The notes under the pieces: generated by a model
The model's database searches: none
What the model was told of the DNA's origin: nothing
What the model saw: only the letters and a program-made list of their open reading frames with translations
Source of the DNA: Armatimonadota bacterium
GTDB taxonomy: Bacteria > Armatimonadota > Fimbriimonadia > Fimbriimonadales > GBS-DC
NCBI GenBank assembly: GCA_023511915.1
Contig: JAIMAN010000005.1
Location: 8,465 to 72,464, forward strand
Reading direction: 5' to 3'
Length of the DNA stretch: 64,000 nt
Shown: one piece after another, positions 36,845 through 46,521 of the stretch
Layout of the letters: every line of letters starts with the position of its first letter
How positions within the stretch are numbered: the stretch's first letter is position 1
Program-made: the position numbers and the translations under genes

Positions 36845-38527
36845 ATGGCACGCCGTTATGACGACGAGTTCGAATTGCCCGAGACGCAAATCCGCGCTCT
36901 GGCGATTCTGGAAGAGATTATGCGACTCGCGCCCCGCGACGACCTGCGCCTGCGCCAGATGCTCCGCCTGCTGCAACACCAACTGGAAGTCGACGAGCAG
37001 CAGATGCAGGAGGCAATCCAGGCGATTCAGGAGTACGAGGAGGCGTATCAGAAACTGACCAGCCCCGCCAACCGAATCGGCGTCTTTCTGGGTCAGCCAG
37101 ACGAGGGCGTCGCGATGGTCGCGCTGGGCGACAGCGAATACTATGCTAATATTGACCCCAAGTTAGAGAACCCCGACTTCAAAGTGGGCACGCGCGTGAA
37201 GGTCAACGAAGCGTTTGCCGTCATCGGCGACCTGGGCTATCACCCTGCGGGACCGATTGTCAAGGTGCAAGAGGTGCTGGAGGGGGATCGCCTGCGCGTC
37301 GGGTCGGACCCGCAAGGGATGACCTCGCGCATCGTGTTCCGCTCGACCGACCTGTCGGAGGTTCTCATCAAGCCTGGCGACGAGGTGCGCCTCGAACCCA
37401 ACTACAAGGTCGCCATCGAACACATCCCCCACCAAGAGGTGCGCGACTACTACTTCGAAGAGGTTCCGCCCATCGAGTGGAGCCAAATCGGCGGGCAGGA
37501 AGAGGCGATTCGGCTCATCCGCGAGACCATCGAACTGCCCCTGCTACACCCCGAAGTGTTCAAGCGCTTTGAGAAGCAGCCGCTCAAGGGCATCCTGCTC
37601 TACGGACCGCCAGGCTGCGGCAAGACGCTCATCGGCAAGGCGACCGCCTACAACCTCACGCGCCAGTATTCCGAACGGATGGGCAAGCCCGTGAAGGAAT
37701 ACTTCATGTATATCAGCGGTCCCAAGATTCTGAACATGTGGCTGGGCGAGACGGAGCGCATGGTGCGCGAAATCTTCTCGATTGCCCGCGAAAAAGCGCG
37801 CGAGGGCTACCTCGTGTTCATCTTCATCGACGAGGCGGAGTCGATTCTGCGCACGCGCAGTTCGGGCAGGTGGCTCAACATCTCCAACACCGTCGTGCCG
37901 CAGTTCTGCGCCGAGATGGACGGGCTGGTGAGCCTCGAGAATGTGGTGGTGATGCTCACCTCCAACCGCCCCGACTATATCGACCCCGCGATTCTGCGTC
38001 CGGGGCGCATCGACCGCAAGGTGAAGGTGCGCCGTCCCGACCGCGACGCCACGCGCGAGATTTTCGGGATTTACCTCACGCCGACGCTGCCGCTGGATCC
38101 CGAATTCGTGCGCGAGTACGACACGCCCGCCGAAGCGCGCGAGTGCCTGATTGAGCAGGGGGTGCAGTACCTCTGGCGCAAGGCGCCCGACACCGAGTTC
38201 CTGCAGGTGTATCTGCGCAACGGCGGCGTCGAGACGCTCCACTGGCGCGATATGGTCAGCGGCGCGCTCATCAAGTCGGTCGTGGATCGCGCGAAAGAGT
38301 TCGCTATCCGCCGCGCGATTGAGGAGCCGAGCGTCGAACACGGCATCCGCCCCGACGACCTCAAGCGCGCCATCGAGATGGAGTACCGCGAGAACGAAAT
38401 CTTCCCCAAGTCGGATGTAATGGAGGACTGGCTCAAACTCATCGACTACGAGCCTGAGTATGTCGCCAGCGTCAAGCCCATCCGTCCGGGCGCAACGGGC
38501 GAAGACTTGCGGCGCACGGTCATCTAA
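36845..38527 (+). CDS. arc: ARC/Mpa-type proteasome-associated AAA ATPase
   Basis: N-terminal coiled coil and OB-like segments, IGG..IELPLLHP, GPPGCGKT, GETER, IFIDEAE, NTVVPQF, SNRPDYIDPAILRPGR, VSGALI. Confidence 0.85.
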   Translation: MARRYDDEFELPETQIRALAILEEIMRLAPRDDLRLRQMLRLLQHQLEVDEQQMQEAIQAIQEYEEAYQKLTSPANRIGVFLGQPDEGVAMVALGDSEYYANIDPKLENPDFKVGTRVKVNEAFAVIGDLGYHPAGPIVKVQEVLEGDRLRVGSDPQGMTSRIVFRSTDLSEVLIKPGDEVRLEPNYKVAIEHIPHQEVRDYYFEEVPPIEWSQIGGQEEAIRLIRETIELPLLHPEVFKRFEKQPLKGILLYGPPGCGKTLIGKATAYNLTRQYSERMGKPVKEYFMYISGPKILNMWLGETERMVREIFSIAREKAREGYLVFIFIDEAESILRTRSSGRWLNISNTVVPQFCAEMDGLVSLENVVVMLTSNRPDYIDPAILRPGRIDRKVKVRRPDRDATREIFGIYLTPTLPLDPEFVREYDTPAEARECLIEQGVQYLWRKAPDTEFLQVYLRNGGVETLHWRDMVSGALIKSVVDRAKEFAIRRAIEEPSVEHGIRPDDLKRAIEMEYRENEIFPKSDVMEDWLKLIDYEPEYVASVKPIRPGATGEDLRRTVI

Positions 38528-38571
38528 GCCGTCGTCGGTCATGGTATACTCTCCCGCGACGGAGAGAGACC

Positions 38572-40440
38572 ATGGCTGGATACGCCCCTGAATTGATTGC
38601 CGCGCTTCAGGCGAAAGCGAGCCTTCTGCGCATCCACTCGATACGCACGACTACCCGCGCGGGGTCGGGACACCCGACGACCTGTATGTCGGCGGCGGAT
38701 TTGGTCGCTGGGCTGTTTTTCCATGCGCTGCGGGCGGATGTACGGAACCCGCGCCACCCGCTGAACGACCGCGTGATTTTCTCTAAGGGGCACGCCGCGC
38801 CGTTGTTGTATGCAGCGTGGGCGGAGGCGGGCGCGTTCCCGATTGAGCATCTGGACACCCTGCGCGAGTTCACGAGCGATTTGGAGGGGCACCCGACGCC
38901 GCATTTTCAGTGGTACGGCGCAGCCACAGGCTCGCTGGGGCAGGGGCTGTCGATTGCGGCGGGGATGGCGCTCGCGCTCAAGCGGGACGGGCTGCCCCCG
39001 CGCGTCTACTGCCTGATGGGTGACGGTGAGACCGCCGAAGGCGCGGTGTGGGAAGCCGCCGCCTTCGCCAGCCACTACGCGCTCAACAACCTGATTGCGC
39101 TGGTGGACATCAACCGTCAGGGACAGAGCCAGCCCACGATGCTGCAGCACGACCTGCAGACCTACCGCGCCCGCTTCGAGGCGTTCGGCTGGCAGACGGC
39201 AGTCATTGACGGGCACGACATGACCGCGATTCTGGACGCGCTCACCGCAGCGCAATCGGCGGAGCGTCCGTTCGCGATACTGGCGCGCACGCTCAAGGGC
39301 AAGGGCGCGTCCGCTGTGGAGGACAAGGAGGGCTGGCACGGCAAGCCGCTGCCGTCCGACCTCGCGGAGCAGGCGATTGCGGAACTCACCCCGCCAGCCG
39401 CCCTGCAGGCGGCTGCGGCGCAGTTGCGTGTGCTGCCCCCCTACGACGCGCCGCTGCCCGAACCCGTCGCGCCCAAGTCGCCCAGCCTGCCCACCTACAC
39501 GCTGGGACAAGAGGTCGCCACGCGCGAGGCATACGGCGACGCGCTCGTCGCGCTCGGCAACGCCGACCCGCGAATCTATGCCCTCGACGGCGATGTGAAA
39601 AACTCCACCTTCGCCGAGAAGTTCCTCAAGGCACACCCTGACCGCTTCGTGGAGTGCTTCATTGCTGAGCAGAACATGGCGGGCGCGGCGGTCGGCGTCG
39701 CCGAGTGCGGCAAAATCCCCTTCGCCTCCAGTTTCGCCTGCTTCCTCACCCGCGCCTACGACTTCATCCGCATGGCAGCGATTGGCAGGGCGAATGTGAA
39801 GTTCTGCGGCTCGCACGCGGGCGTCTCCATCGGCGAGGACGGCCCGTCGCAGATGGGGCTGGAAGACCTCGCGATGTTCCGCGTCATCCCCGAGGCGGTG
39901 GTGCTGTACCCCAGCGACGCGGTCTCCACCGTGAAACTTGTGGCGGAGGCGGCGCGGTATCACGGCATCGCCTACATCCGCACCACGCGCCCCAAAACGC
40001 CCGCGATTTACCCCAACGACGAGCCGTTCCCCATCGGCGGGTGCAAAATCGTGCGCCAGTCGCCCAGCGATGTGGCGACCGTCGTCGCAGCGGGCATCAC
40101 GCTGCACGAGGCGCTCAAGGCGCACCAAATCCTGCAGCAAGAGGGCATTAGCATCCGCGTGATTGACCTCTACAGCGTCAAGCCGCTGGACGCCGAGACG
40201 CTGATTCGCTGCGCCCACGAGACGAACGGCGTGATCATCACGGTGGAAGACCACTACCCCGAAGGCGGGCTTGGCGAGGCGGTTGCGGCGGCGGTGAACG
40301 GGCACGGGGTGCGCGTCCATCGGCTGGCGGTGCGCGAGATCCCGCGCTCAGGCAAGCCCGACACGCTGCTGGAGGCGTATGGGATTAACGCCCGCGCGAT
40401 TGTGGAAGCGGTGCGGGCTGTGGCGCAAGGGGTGGCTTAG
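38572..40440 (+). CDS. tkt: Transketolase (short, animal-like type)
   Basis: AGSGHPTT, SKGHAAP, TGSLGQG, GDGETAEG, IAEQN, GEDGPSQM, TVEDH. Confidence 0.93.
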   Translation: MAGYAPELIAALQAKASLLRIHSIRTTTRAGSGHPTTCMSAADLVAGLFFHALRADVRNPRHPLNDRVIFSKGHAAPLLYAAWAEAGAFPIEHLDTLREFTSDLEGHPTPHFQWYGAATGSLGQGLSIAAGMALALKRDGLPPRVYCLMGDGETAEGAVWEAAAFASHYALNNLIALVDINRQGQSQPTMLQHDLQTYRARFEAFGWQTAVIDGHDMTAILDALTAAQSAERPFAILARTLKGKGASAVEDKEGWHGKPLPSDLAEQAIAELTPPAALQAAAAQLRVLPPYDAPLPEPVAPKSPSLPTYTLGQEVATREAYGDALVALGNADPRIYALDGDVKNSTFAEKFLKAHPDRFVECFIAEQNMAGAAVGVAECGKIPFASSFACFLTRAYDFIRMAAIGRANVKFCGSHAGVSIGEDGPSQMGLEDLAMFRVIPEAVVLYPSDAVSTVKLVAEAARYHGIAYIRTTRPKTPAIYPNDEPFPIGGCKIVRQSPSDVATVVAAGITLHEALKAHQILQQEGISIRVIDLYSVKPLDAETLIRCAHETNGVIITVEDHYPEGGLGEAVAAAVNGHGVRVHRLAVREIPRSGKPDTLLEAYGINARAIVEAVRAVAQGVA

Positions 40441-40512
40441 CCCGCGTTGAGGCGCGCGGTACCAGCTCCGCGATCCAGCCGCACTTGAACCGCTAAGTGG
40501 AGCCCGTTCCGT

Positions 40513-41442
40513 TTATGCTCCACCCGCACGATTCGACAGCTTACCTGTTTTGCCCTCGAACAAAGCCAGCTGCGTCTTTTGACCCCACTGAAGGCTAGTC
40601 TGGATGCTCCAGATCTCGTCCAAGTTAGTCGTGAAGCGGTAGTAGGCGCGTAGGGGGAGAATTGCGTCTGCCTCGCGCTGAGCCGCCAAGCGATGCTTTA
40701 TCATCGCGACATTTTCGGGGTCTATCTCGATTGCGACGCAGTGGCGTCTTAGTTGCGTTGCAACAACGGCGGTTGTACCCGTGCCTGCAAACGGGTCTAA
40801 GACCCAGTCCTCAGGCAAACTCGCTGCAAGCAGAATGCGCAGGAGCAACGCGATTGGCGATTGCTGCTTGTGGAACCGTTCGCCTGTCGGTGTGCGCAAC
40901 GCCTCCGCGCCTGCAAAGTAGCCTGAAGTCAGCTCGCGGATGTCGTCCCACACATCCGTGAGGAACATACCGTTTTCTCGGGCGTAGCGATACTCTGGGC
41001 GCAACGGCGCGTCAATCCGCAAGCGGTTGAACACGCGCGGCTTGCGCCCTTTCGTCGCGAACGCGATGATCTGATAACTCTTGCCAAAACGCCATTCGTT
41101 GGGGACAGCCGAGGTACGCTTCGTCCAGATGATGAGGTTCTGCAGATGGAACCCCGCCTCACGCAGCACGCGCAGCGTCGGCTCGGCGTTCTTCTCACGC
41201 TGCATAAAAAACACCGCCCCGCCGTCCTGGGTGAGTGCGTAGACTTGCTCACAAACCTGATGCATCCACTGCCAATACTCGTCTTCGGGAAGGCTATCGT
41301 AGAAGTAGTTATATTCCTTACCCTGATTGAATGGTGGATCCAAAAAAGTTAGAGCAAAGCGATAGCCCTCCTGCTGCAGTTGCGTCAGTTCCTGCAAGCA
41401 GTCTCCCTGCCGCACCACTACCTGCCCTAACTCCTGACTCAT
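40513..41442 (-). CDS. Orphan beta-class amino DNA methyltransferase
   Basis: GDCL, FLDPPFN (motif IV), LIIW, DVW, VLDPFAGTGTT (motif I); lower GC than flanks. Confidence 0.88.
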   Translation of the reverse strand: MSQELGQVVVRQGDCLQELTQLQQEGYRFALTFLDPPFNQGKEYNYFYDSLPEDEYWQWMHQVCEQVYALTQDGGAVFFMQREKNAEPTLRVLREAGFHLQNLIIWTKRTSAVPNEWRFGKSYQIIAFATKGRKPRVFNRLRIDAPLRPEYRYARENGMFLTDVWDDIRELTSGYFAGAEALRTPTGERFHKQQSPIALLLRILLAASLPEDWVLDPFAGTGTTAVVATQLRRHCVAIEIDPENVAMIKHRLAAQREADAILPLRAYYRFTTNLDEIWSIQTSLQWGQKTQLALFEGKTGKLSNRAGGA

Positions 41443-41489
41443 ATGCCTGCAGTATACCATGCAGTCTGGCACGCTTTGGTGATGCGGCG

Positions 41490-41515
41490 CGCCTGTCGCC
41501 GTGATGCGACAGGCG
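41490..41515. repeat. Inverted repeat between divergent promoters
   Basis: CGCCTGTCGC-cgtgat-GCGACAGGCG. Confidence 0.55.
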
Positions 41516-41540
41516 TGTCCAAATAGGTACACTTACCCCG

Positions 41541-42527
41541 ATGATTCAAGAGACCGCACCCTGGCTCTCGGAGGCGGAGGCGCGCGAGGTCGCCGAACAG
41601 GCGCACGCCGTCGCACGCGCCGTCGAACAGGTGATTCTGGGCAAGAGCGACACCGTGCGCCTGATGATTATCGGACTGCTCAGCGGCGGACACCTGCTGA
41701 TTGAGGACATCCCCGGCGTGGGCAAGACGACGCTCGCCCGCGCGATTGCCAAAGCCATCGGCGGACAGTTCCGACGCATCCAGTTCACGCCTGACCTGCT
41801 GCCCGCCGATGTCACTGGCTCGGTGATTTACAACCAAGCGCGCGGCGCGTTCGAGTTCCACCCTGGTCCCATCTTCGCGAACATCGTGCTGGCAGACGAA
41901 ATCAACCGCGCCACGCCCAAGACGCAATCCGCGCTGCTGGAGGCGATGGAGGAGCGCACGGTGTCGGTGGAGGGCGAGTCGCACCCGCTGCCGCAGCCGT
42001 TTCTGGTGATTGCCACGCAGAACAACATCGAGATGGTGGGCACCTACCCGCTGCCCGAAGCGCAGATGGATCGCTTTTTCGCGCGGGCGTCGCTGGGCTA
42101 CCCGTCGCCTGAAGTAGAGACGCAGATTCTGGAGGCGCGTCAACTACAAGCGCCGCTGGAACACCTGCAGCCTGTGCTGACGCCCGACCAACTGATGGCG
42201 CTGCAGCAGCAGACGCGCCGTCTGTATGTTAGCCCTGCGGTGCGGCGGTATATCGTGGATGTGGTGAACGCGACGCGCCGCCACCCGAAGGTGATGCTGG
42301 GCGCAAGCCCGCGCGCGTCGATTGCGCTGATGCTGGGCGCGCAGGCGCATGCGCTGCTCGCGGGCAGGCACTACACTACCCCCGACGATGTGCAGCAGAT
42401 GGCGACCCCTGTGCTGGCGCATCGGCTGATGCTCCGCTCCGACACGACCAGCCCCACCCGCGCCGAGAGCATCATTCGCGAGATTCTGTCGCAAGTGCCC
42501 GTGCCGATTGGAGGCGACACGCCGTGA
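41541..42527 (+). CDS. moxR: MoxR family AAA+ ATPase
   Basis: EDIPGVGKT, RIQFTPDLLPAD, DEINRATPKTQSALLEAM, GTYPLPEAQMDRF. Confidence 0.93.
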   Translation: MIQETAPWLSEAEAREVAEQAHAVARAVEQVILGKSDTVRLMIIGLLSGGHLLIEDIPGVGKTTLARAIAKAIGGQFRRIQFTPDLLPADVTGSVIYNQARGAFEFHPGPIFANIVLADEINRATPKTQSALLEAMEERTVSVEGESHPLPQPFLVIATQNNIEMVGTYPLPEAQMDRFFARASLGYPSPEVETQILEARQLQAPLEHLQPVLTPDQLMALQQQTRRLYVSPAVRRYIVDVVNATRRHPKVMLGASPRASIALMLGAQAHALLAGRHYTTPDDVQQMATPVLAHRLMLRSDTTSPTRAESIIREILSQVPVPIGGDTP

Positions 42528-43591
42528 GAGAATACAAACTGACCGCGCTGATGGCGGCGACCTCGTTTCTGCTCTGTTCGGGGCTGATGACGAACAACCG
42601 CCAGATGTATTGGATGGCGTGCGTGCTGGGCGCGCTGATGGGGGGCGCGTACCTGCTGGTGCGGCGCGGGGTGCAACAGACCACCGTGCAACGCCACTGC
42701 CCCACCGAACTGATGGAGGGCGAAACGGTCGATGCGCAGGTCGTCGTCGCGACGCGCGCACGCTGGGGGCTGCTGTGGGTCAAAGCGGAAGAGACCGCCT
42801 CGGCAGGGCTTGCCGTCGAGCCGCTGCCGACCGAGCAGGACAGCCCCTTCACAGGCGTGATGCACTACCGCCTCACTGCGCTGCGACGCGGGGCGCAACG
42901 GCTGGGACCCGTGTACCTCACGCTGTCGGATCCGTTCGGGCTGTTTGTGCGCCAAGAGCGCGTGGACGACACGACGGAGGTGCTGGTGTTGCCGCGCCCG
43001 ATTGCGCTGCCGCGCTGGAACTGGGAGGGCGGCGGGCGCGGGCGGCTGATTGCCTCCACGCTGCACGGCAAGCGCGGCGAGGGTACCGACTGGCACGGCG
43101 TGCGCCCCTACACTCCTGGCGACCCGCTGCGCCGCATCCACTGGCGCGCCACCGCCCGACATGGCGACTGGCATGTCAAGGAGTTCGAGGTGAGCCAACT
43201 CGCGCCGACCGTGCTGGCGTTAGAGCAAGCCCCCACCTGGCGCGCGGACGGCGAGGCGTACCCCGACTTCGACCAAGCGATACGCCACCTCGCGTGGATT
43301 ATCCTCGAAGCGCCGCGGCAGGGCGTGTCGGTGATTCTGGTCGGGGCGAACTTGCCCGAAGTGCGCCTGACGCCCGAAAGCTACACTGACCCGCGCGCGC
43401 TGCTGCGCCTGCTGGCGCGCCTGCACCCTGACGCCGACCACTCGATTCTGGACGACCTGCCCCGCCTGATTCAGCAGTACGGCGAGCGGTATCGAATCGC
43501 GCTGTTCGCCCCGCCGCAGGAGTACGCCGTGTTCCATATGCGCGTGCAGGGCTATCAGGCGCAGGGCTATGCGGTAGAGGTCTATGCGTGA
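42524..43591 (+). CDS. DUF58 domain protein
   Basis: Two N-terminal TM, RRG, DPFGLF, VRPYTPGDPLRRIHWRATAR, VKEFE. Confidence 0.9.
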   Translation: MREYKLTALMAATSFLLCSGLMTNNRQMYWMACVLGALMGGAYLLVRRGVQQTTVQRHCPTELMEGETVDAQVVVATRARWGLLWVKAEETASAGLAVEPLPTEQDSPFTGVMHYRLTALRRGAQRLGPVYLTLSDPFGLFVRQERVDDTTEVLVLPRPIALPRWNWEGGGRGRLIASTLHGKRGEGTDWHGVRPYTPGDPLRRIHWRATARHGDWHVKEFEVSQLAPTVLALEQAPTWRADGEAYPDFDQAIRHLAWIILEAPRQGVSVILVGANLPEVRLTPESYTDPRALLRLLARLHPDADHSILDDLPRLIQQYGERYRIALFAPPQEYAVFHMRVQGYQAQGYAVEVYA

Positions 43592-44798
43592 GCCGTCGTC
43601 GGAGCCGCCCGCCAAGTGGACGCTGTACGGTATCCCGCTGCAGAAGGGGATTGCGCTGGGCATCGGCGCGCCGCTGTACCTGCCGACCTACGGCAACCCG
43701 ATATGGTTCGACCCGCGCATGTTCGCCCAAGACGAGGACGAGTGGCGCGACATTGATTACCGCATGCCGACCGAGCCTGTGGAGGTGATTGGGCTGACGC
43801 GCACGCTGGACGACATCCCGCCCGTGCTGGCGCCCTATGTGCGCGTGGTGGGCTGGATTGTGGAGCAGCCGCCTGAGCCGCCCCTGCCGACTGTGCCCGT
43901 GCTGCTTGCGCCGAAGTTGCCCACGCTGCTGCCCCCCGAAACGACGGTGGTGCTGGACGCGAACGCGGGCGTGGCGTACATCGAGCCGAGCGTCGCGGTG
44001 CTGGCGCGCTATCAGGCGCAGCTGCTGCGCACGGCAACCCACACGCGCTACCATCTGGAGGGCGCGCACCTGCCCGTGCGCACTTGGGACGACCGCCCAA
44101 TCCAGGTGGGTGGCGTCGCTACCGACTGGGACGCCGCGCCCGAAGTCGCGCAGGCAGGCGCGGAACTCGTGTGGCTGACCAGCGACACGCTGCCCGACGA
44201 CATCCGCGCGACGGCGCACGCGCTGGGAGGCAAACCCCTGTGGCTGCGCCTGACCGAACTCACTGCCGACGACGACGCCTACTGGCAGGGGCTGCTGCGC
44301 GCCAGCGCGGAGTTGAACCTGACGCTGTTCGTGGAGCAAGCGGACGCGCTGCACGAGGCGACCGACTCGCTGGCGGTCGCGCGGGAGGCGTTGCGGATGG
44401 AGCATGTGCCCATCGGCGCGCTGGAGGTCGGACTACTCGTGCACGAGGAGTTGCCCGACACGCTGGAGCCGCCGCCCTACGCGGTCGTTTGGGAGGTTGG
44501 GGCGTGGACGCAGGCGTTGGCGGAGCGTCTATGGGAGGCGCAGGCGACGGCGCGTGCGCTGGGCGTGCGCCGCGCGATTGTTGCGCCCGACACCGACGCC
44601 GAGACGCTCGCCCTCGCGCTGGGGCTGGAGCCGCACACGCTGATTGTGCCCGCAGACGCCCTTTCCGCCGCCAAGACGCGCCTTGCACTGCTGAGCGTCG
44701 CCGAGTGCCGCGAGTGGCTGCTGCTGCGCCTGCGCGATTGGGCGAACCTTGCGCTGCGTCGTCAGCCCGATGCATGGCTCACCTCGCGCGCCCTGTGA
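43584..44798 (+). CDS. Degenerate PTS Enzyme I (PtsI)-like protein lacking catalytic motifs
   Basis: Colinear similarity to PtsI recognised by eye (GIPLQKGIALG, VLDANAG..IEP, LPVRTWD, GLLRASA, ALGL...AKTRL..LSVAECRE); no SH, RTE or CGE motifs. Confidence 0.62.
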   Translation: MREPSSEPPAKWTLYGIPLQKGIALGIGAPLYLPTYGNPIWFDPRMFAQDEDEWRDIDYRMPTEPVEVIGLTRTLDDIPPVLAPYVRVVGWIVEQPPEPPLPTVPVLLAPKLPTLLPPETTVVLDANAGVAYIEPSVAVLARYQAQLLRTATHTRYHLEGAHLPVRTWDDRPIQVGGVATDWDAAPEVAQAGAELVWLTSDTLPDDIRATAHALGGKPLWLRLTELTADDDAYWQGLLRASAELNLTLFVEQADALHEATDSLAVAREALRMEHVPIGALEVGLLVHEELPDTLEPPPYAVVWEVGAWTQALAERLWEAQATARALGVRRAIVAPDTDAETLALALGLEPHTLIVPADALSAAKTRLALLSVAECREWLLLRLRDWANLALRRQPDAWLTSRAL

Positions 44799-44844
44799 GA
44801 AGAACCGTAGGTATAAGCACACTTGGGTACAATTTCTCGACGCG

Positions 44845-46233
44845 ATGAATCGCCGATGGGTTGGCGCGACGCTGCTCAGCGCGGTGGGGTTATTGGGGCT
44901 GGGCGCGGGCGCGCTTTTGTGGACAGTTAGCCGTGACGCGCCGTTCCCCAGCGGGGTGCAGCTGGCGGGCTACTCGTTGGCGGGGGTGCGCCCCAGCCAA
45001 CTCGGTCGCCACTTAGAGACGCTGCGCGCCGTGCTTGCCGAGCAGCCGATTGTCGTCGCGCAGGCGCCCCAGCGCGCCACGCGCCTCAAACAGTGGGGCG
45101 TCGAACTCGATGTCGCCGCCATGCAGCAGGCGGTGCTGGATGCGTGGGCGCGCGTGCCGCTGTGGGAGCGTCTGTTCGGCGCGCCGCGCGTGCAGGTCGC
45201 CCCGCAGTGGGCTGCCATTCCCGAACTGTTCCAGACGCAACTGGAGCGCTACCGTTTTCTGGAGCGCGCCCCGCGCGACGCCCGCGTGCGCTTCGTCAAC
45301 GGCGTCGTGGAAGTCATCCCCAGCCAGTCGGGGCAGACGCTGGAACTGGAGCCGAGCCTGCAGAACCTGCTGGCTGCGCTGCGCGAGTTGCCCGCCGCGC
45401 AGACGCGCTTCGAGCTGGCGATGCGCCCCACGCCCCCGCGCATCTCCACCACAGTCGCCCGCGCCATCACGGGCGTGATGGCAAGCTACACGACGCGCTT
45501 TCCAGGCTATCAGGTCTCGCGCAACCACAACATTCGGCTGGCGGCAAGCGCACTCGACGGGCGTATCTTGCTGCCTGGCGAGCGGCTCTCGTACAATCAG
45601 GCGGTCGGCAAGCGCACGCTCAAGCAAGGGTTCCGCCCCGCGCCTGTAATCCTGTATGGCGAGAAGCGGCTGGGCGTCGGCGGCGGCATCTGCCAAGTCT
45701 CCTCCACGCTGTATAACGCCGCGCTCCTAAGCGAACTCAAAATCGTGCGCCGCGTGAACCACTCGATCCCTGTGGACTATGTGCCCCTCGGACGCGACGC
45801 CGCCGTGACCGACACGGGCATCGACTTCGTGATCGAGAACCCGCACGACCACCCGATTGCGCTCGCGACCGAGTTGGGTCGCTCCTCGCTAACGATACGG
45901 GTGCTGGGGCAGCCTGTGGCGGGCAGGACGGTCGTGCTGAAGACCGAGCGCGGTCAGCCGAAGTCGCCGCCCATCACGCGCATCCCTGACCCGAACCTGC
46001 CTGTGGGCAAGGAGCGCGTCATCAAGAAGGGCGCGGCAGGCGTGCGCGTCGTACTCTGGCGCGAGGTGTACGAGAACGGCGTGTTGGTTGCGCGCGAGCG
46101 CGTGGCGACCAGCGTTTACCGCGCCCAGCCGCGCGTGATTGCCGTCGGTACGAAGCAAACGCCGAGCCAGTCGCCTGCGCCGACGCCTGATGCAGACGCC
46201 TCGCTGACAAGTCCGATCGCTCCCGACGAGTGA
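44845..46233 (+). CDS. VanW family protein with G5 domain
   Basis: N-terminal TM, RNHNI..A, GVGGGICQVSSTLYNA, NHS..YVPLGRDA, C-terminal G5 (VIAVGT). Confidence 0.9.
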   Translation: MNRRWVGATLLSAVGLLGLGAGALLWTVSRDAPFPSGVQLAGYSLAGVRPSQLGRHLETLRAVLAEQPIVVAQAPQRATRLKQWGVELDVAAMQQAVLDAWARVPLWERLFGAPRVQVAPQWAAIPELFQTQLERYRFLERAPRDARVRFVNGVVEVIPSQSGQTLELEPSLQNLLAALRELPAAQTRFELAMRPTPPRISTTVARAITGVMASYTTRFPGYQVSRNHNIRLAASALDGRILLPGERLSYNQAVGKRTLKQGFRPAPVILYGEKRLGVGGGICQVSSTLYNAALLSELKIVRRVNHSIPVDYVPLGRDAAVTDTGIDFVIENPHDHPIALATELGRSSLTIRVLGQPVAGRTVVLKTERGQPKSPPITRIPDPNLPVGKERVIKKGAAGVRVVLWREVYENGVLVARERVATSVYRAQPRVIAVGTKQTPSQSPAPTPDADASLTSPIAPDE

Positions 46234-46269
46234 AGCTGGCAGTGCAGACGGCGCGCCGTGTGTGGAATT

Positions 46270-46521
46270 GTACCCCCCTCCTGACCGCTGGCTCCCTCGC
46301 CCGCGAGGGGGCGCGGGGGATTATGAAGCTTCCGCCCACGCTGAAGCTAACGCTTCAGCACTCCAAACAGGTCGGCGCGCGGCTCACCCCTCTCCCACCC
46401 TGTGGGAGAGGGGCTGGGGGTGAGGGCAGAAAGTGGGCGCACCCTGCACACAGCGAACCCAAGCGATGTACCCTTAGCGAAGATTCCGCCCATGCTGAAG
46501 CTGACGCTTCAGCACTCCAAA
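46270..46521. repeat. Cluster of REP-like palindromes incl. a 38-bp direct repeat pair
   Basis: TTCCGCCCAYGCTGAAGCTRACGCTTCAGCACTCCAAA at 46330-46367 and 46484-46521, flanking CCCCTCTCCCACcctGTGGGAGAGGGGCTGGGGGTGAGGG. Confidence 0.75.

Noticed and set aside
27951-41442. Prophage or defence island spanning the two MTases
   Set aside because: Intervening genes are housekeeping; no integrase, att repeats or phage genes were seen
46330-46521. 38-bp repeat pair as a mini-CRISPR
   Set aside because: Only two copies, a 116-bp interval that is itself a palindromic repeat, and no cas genes in the window
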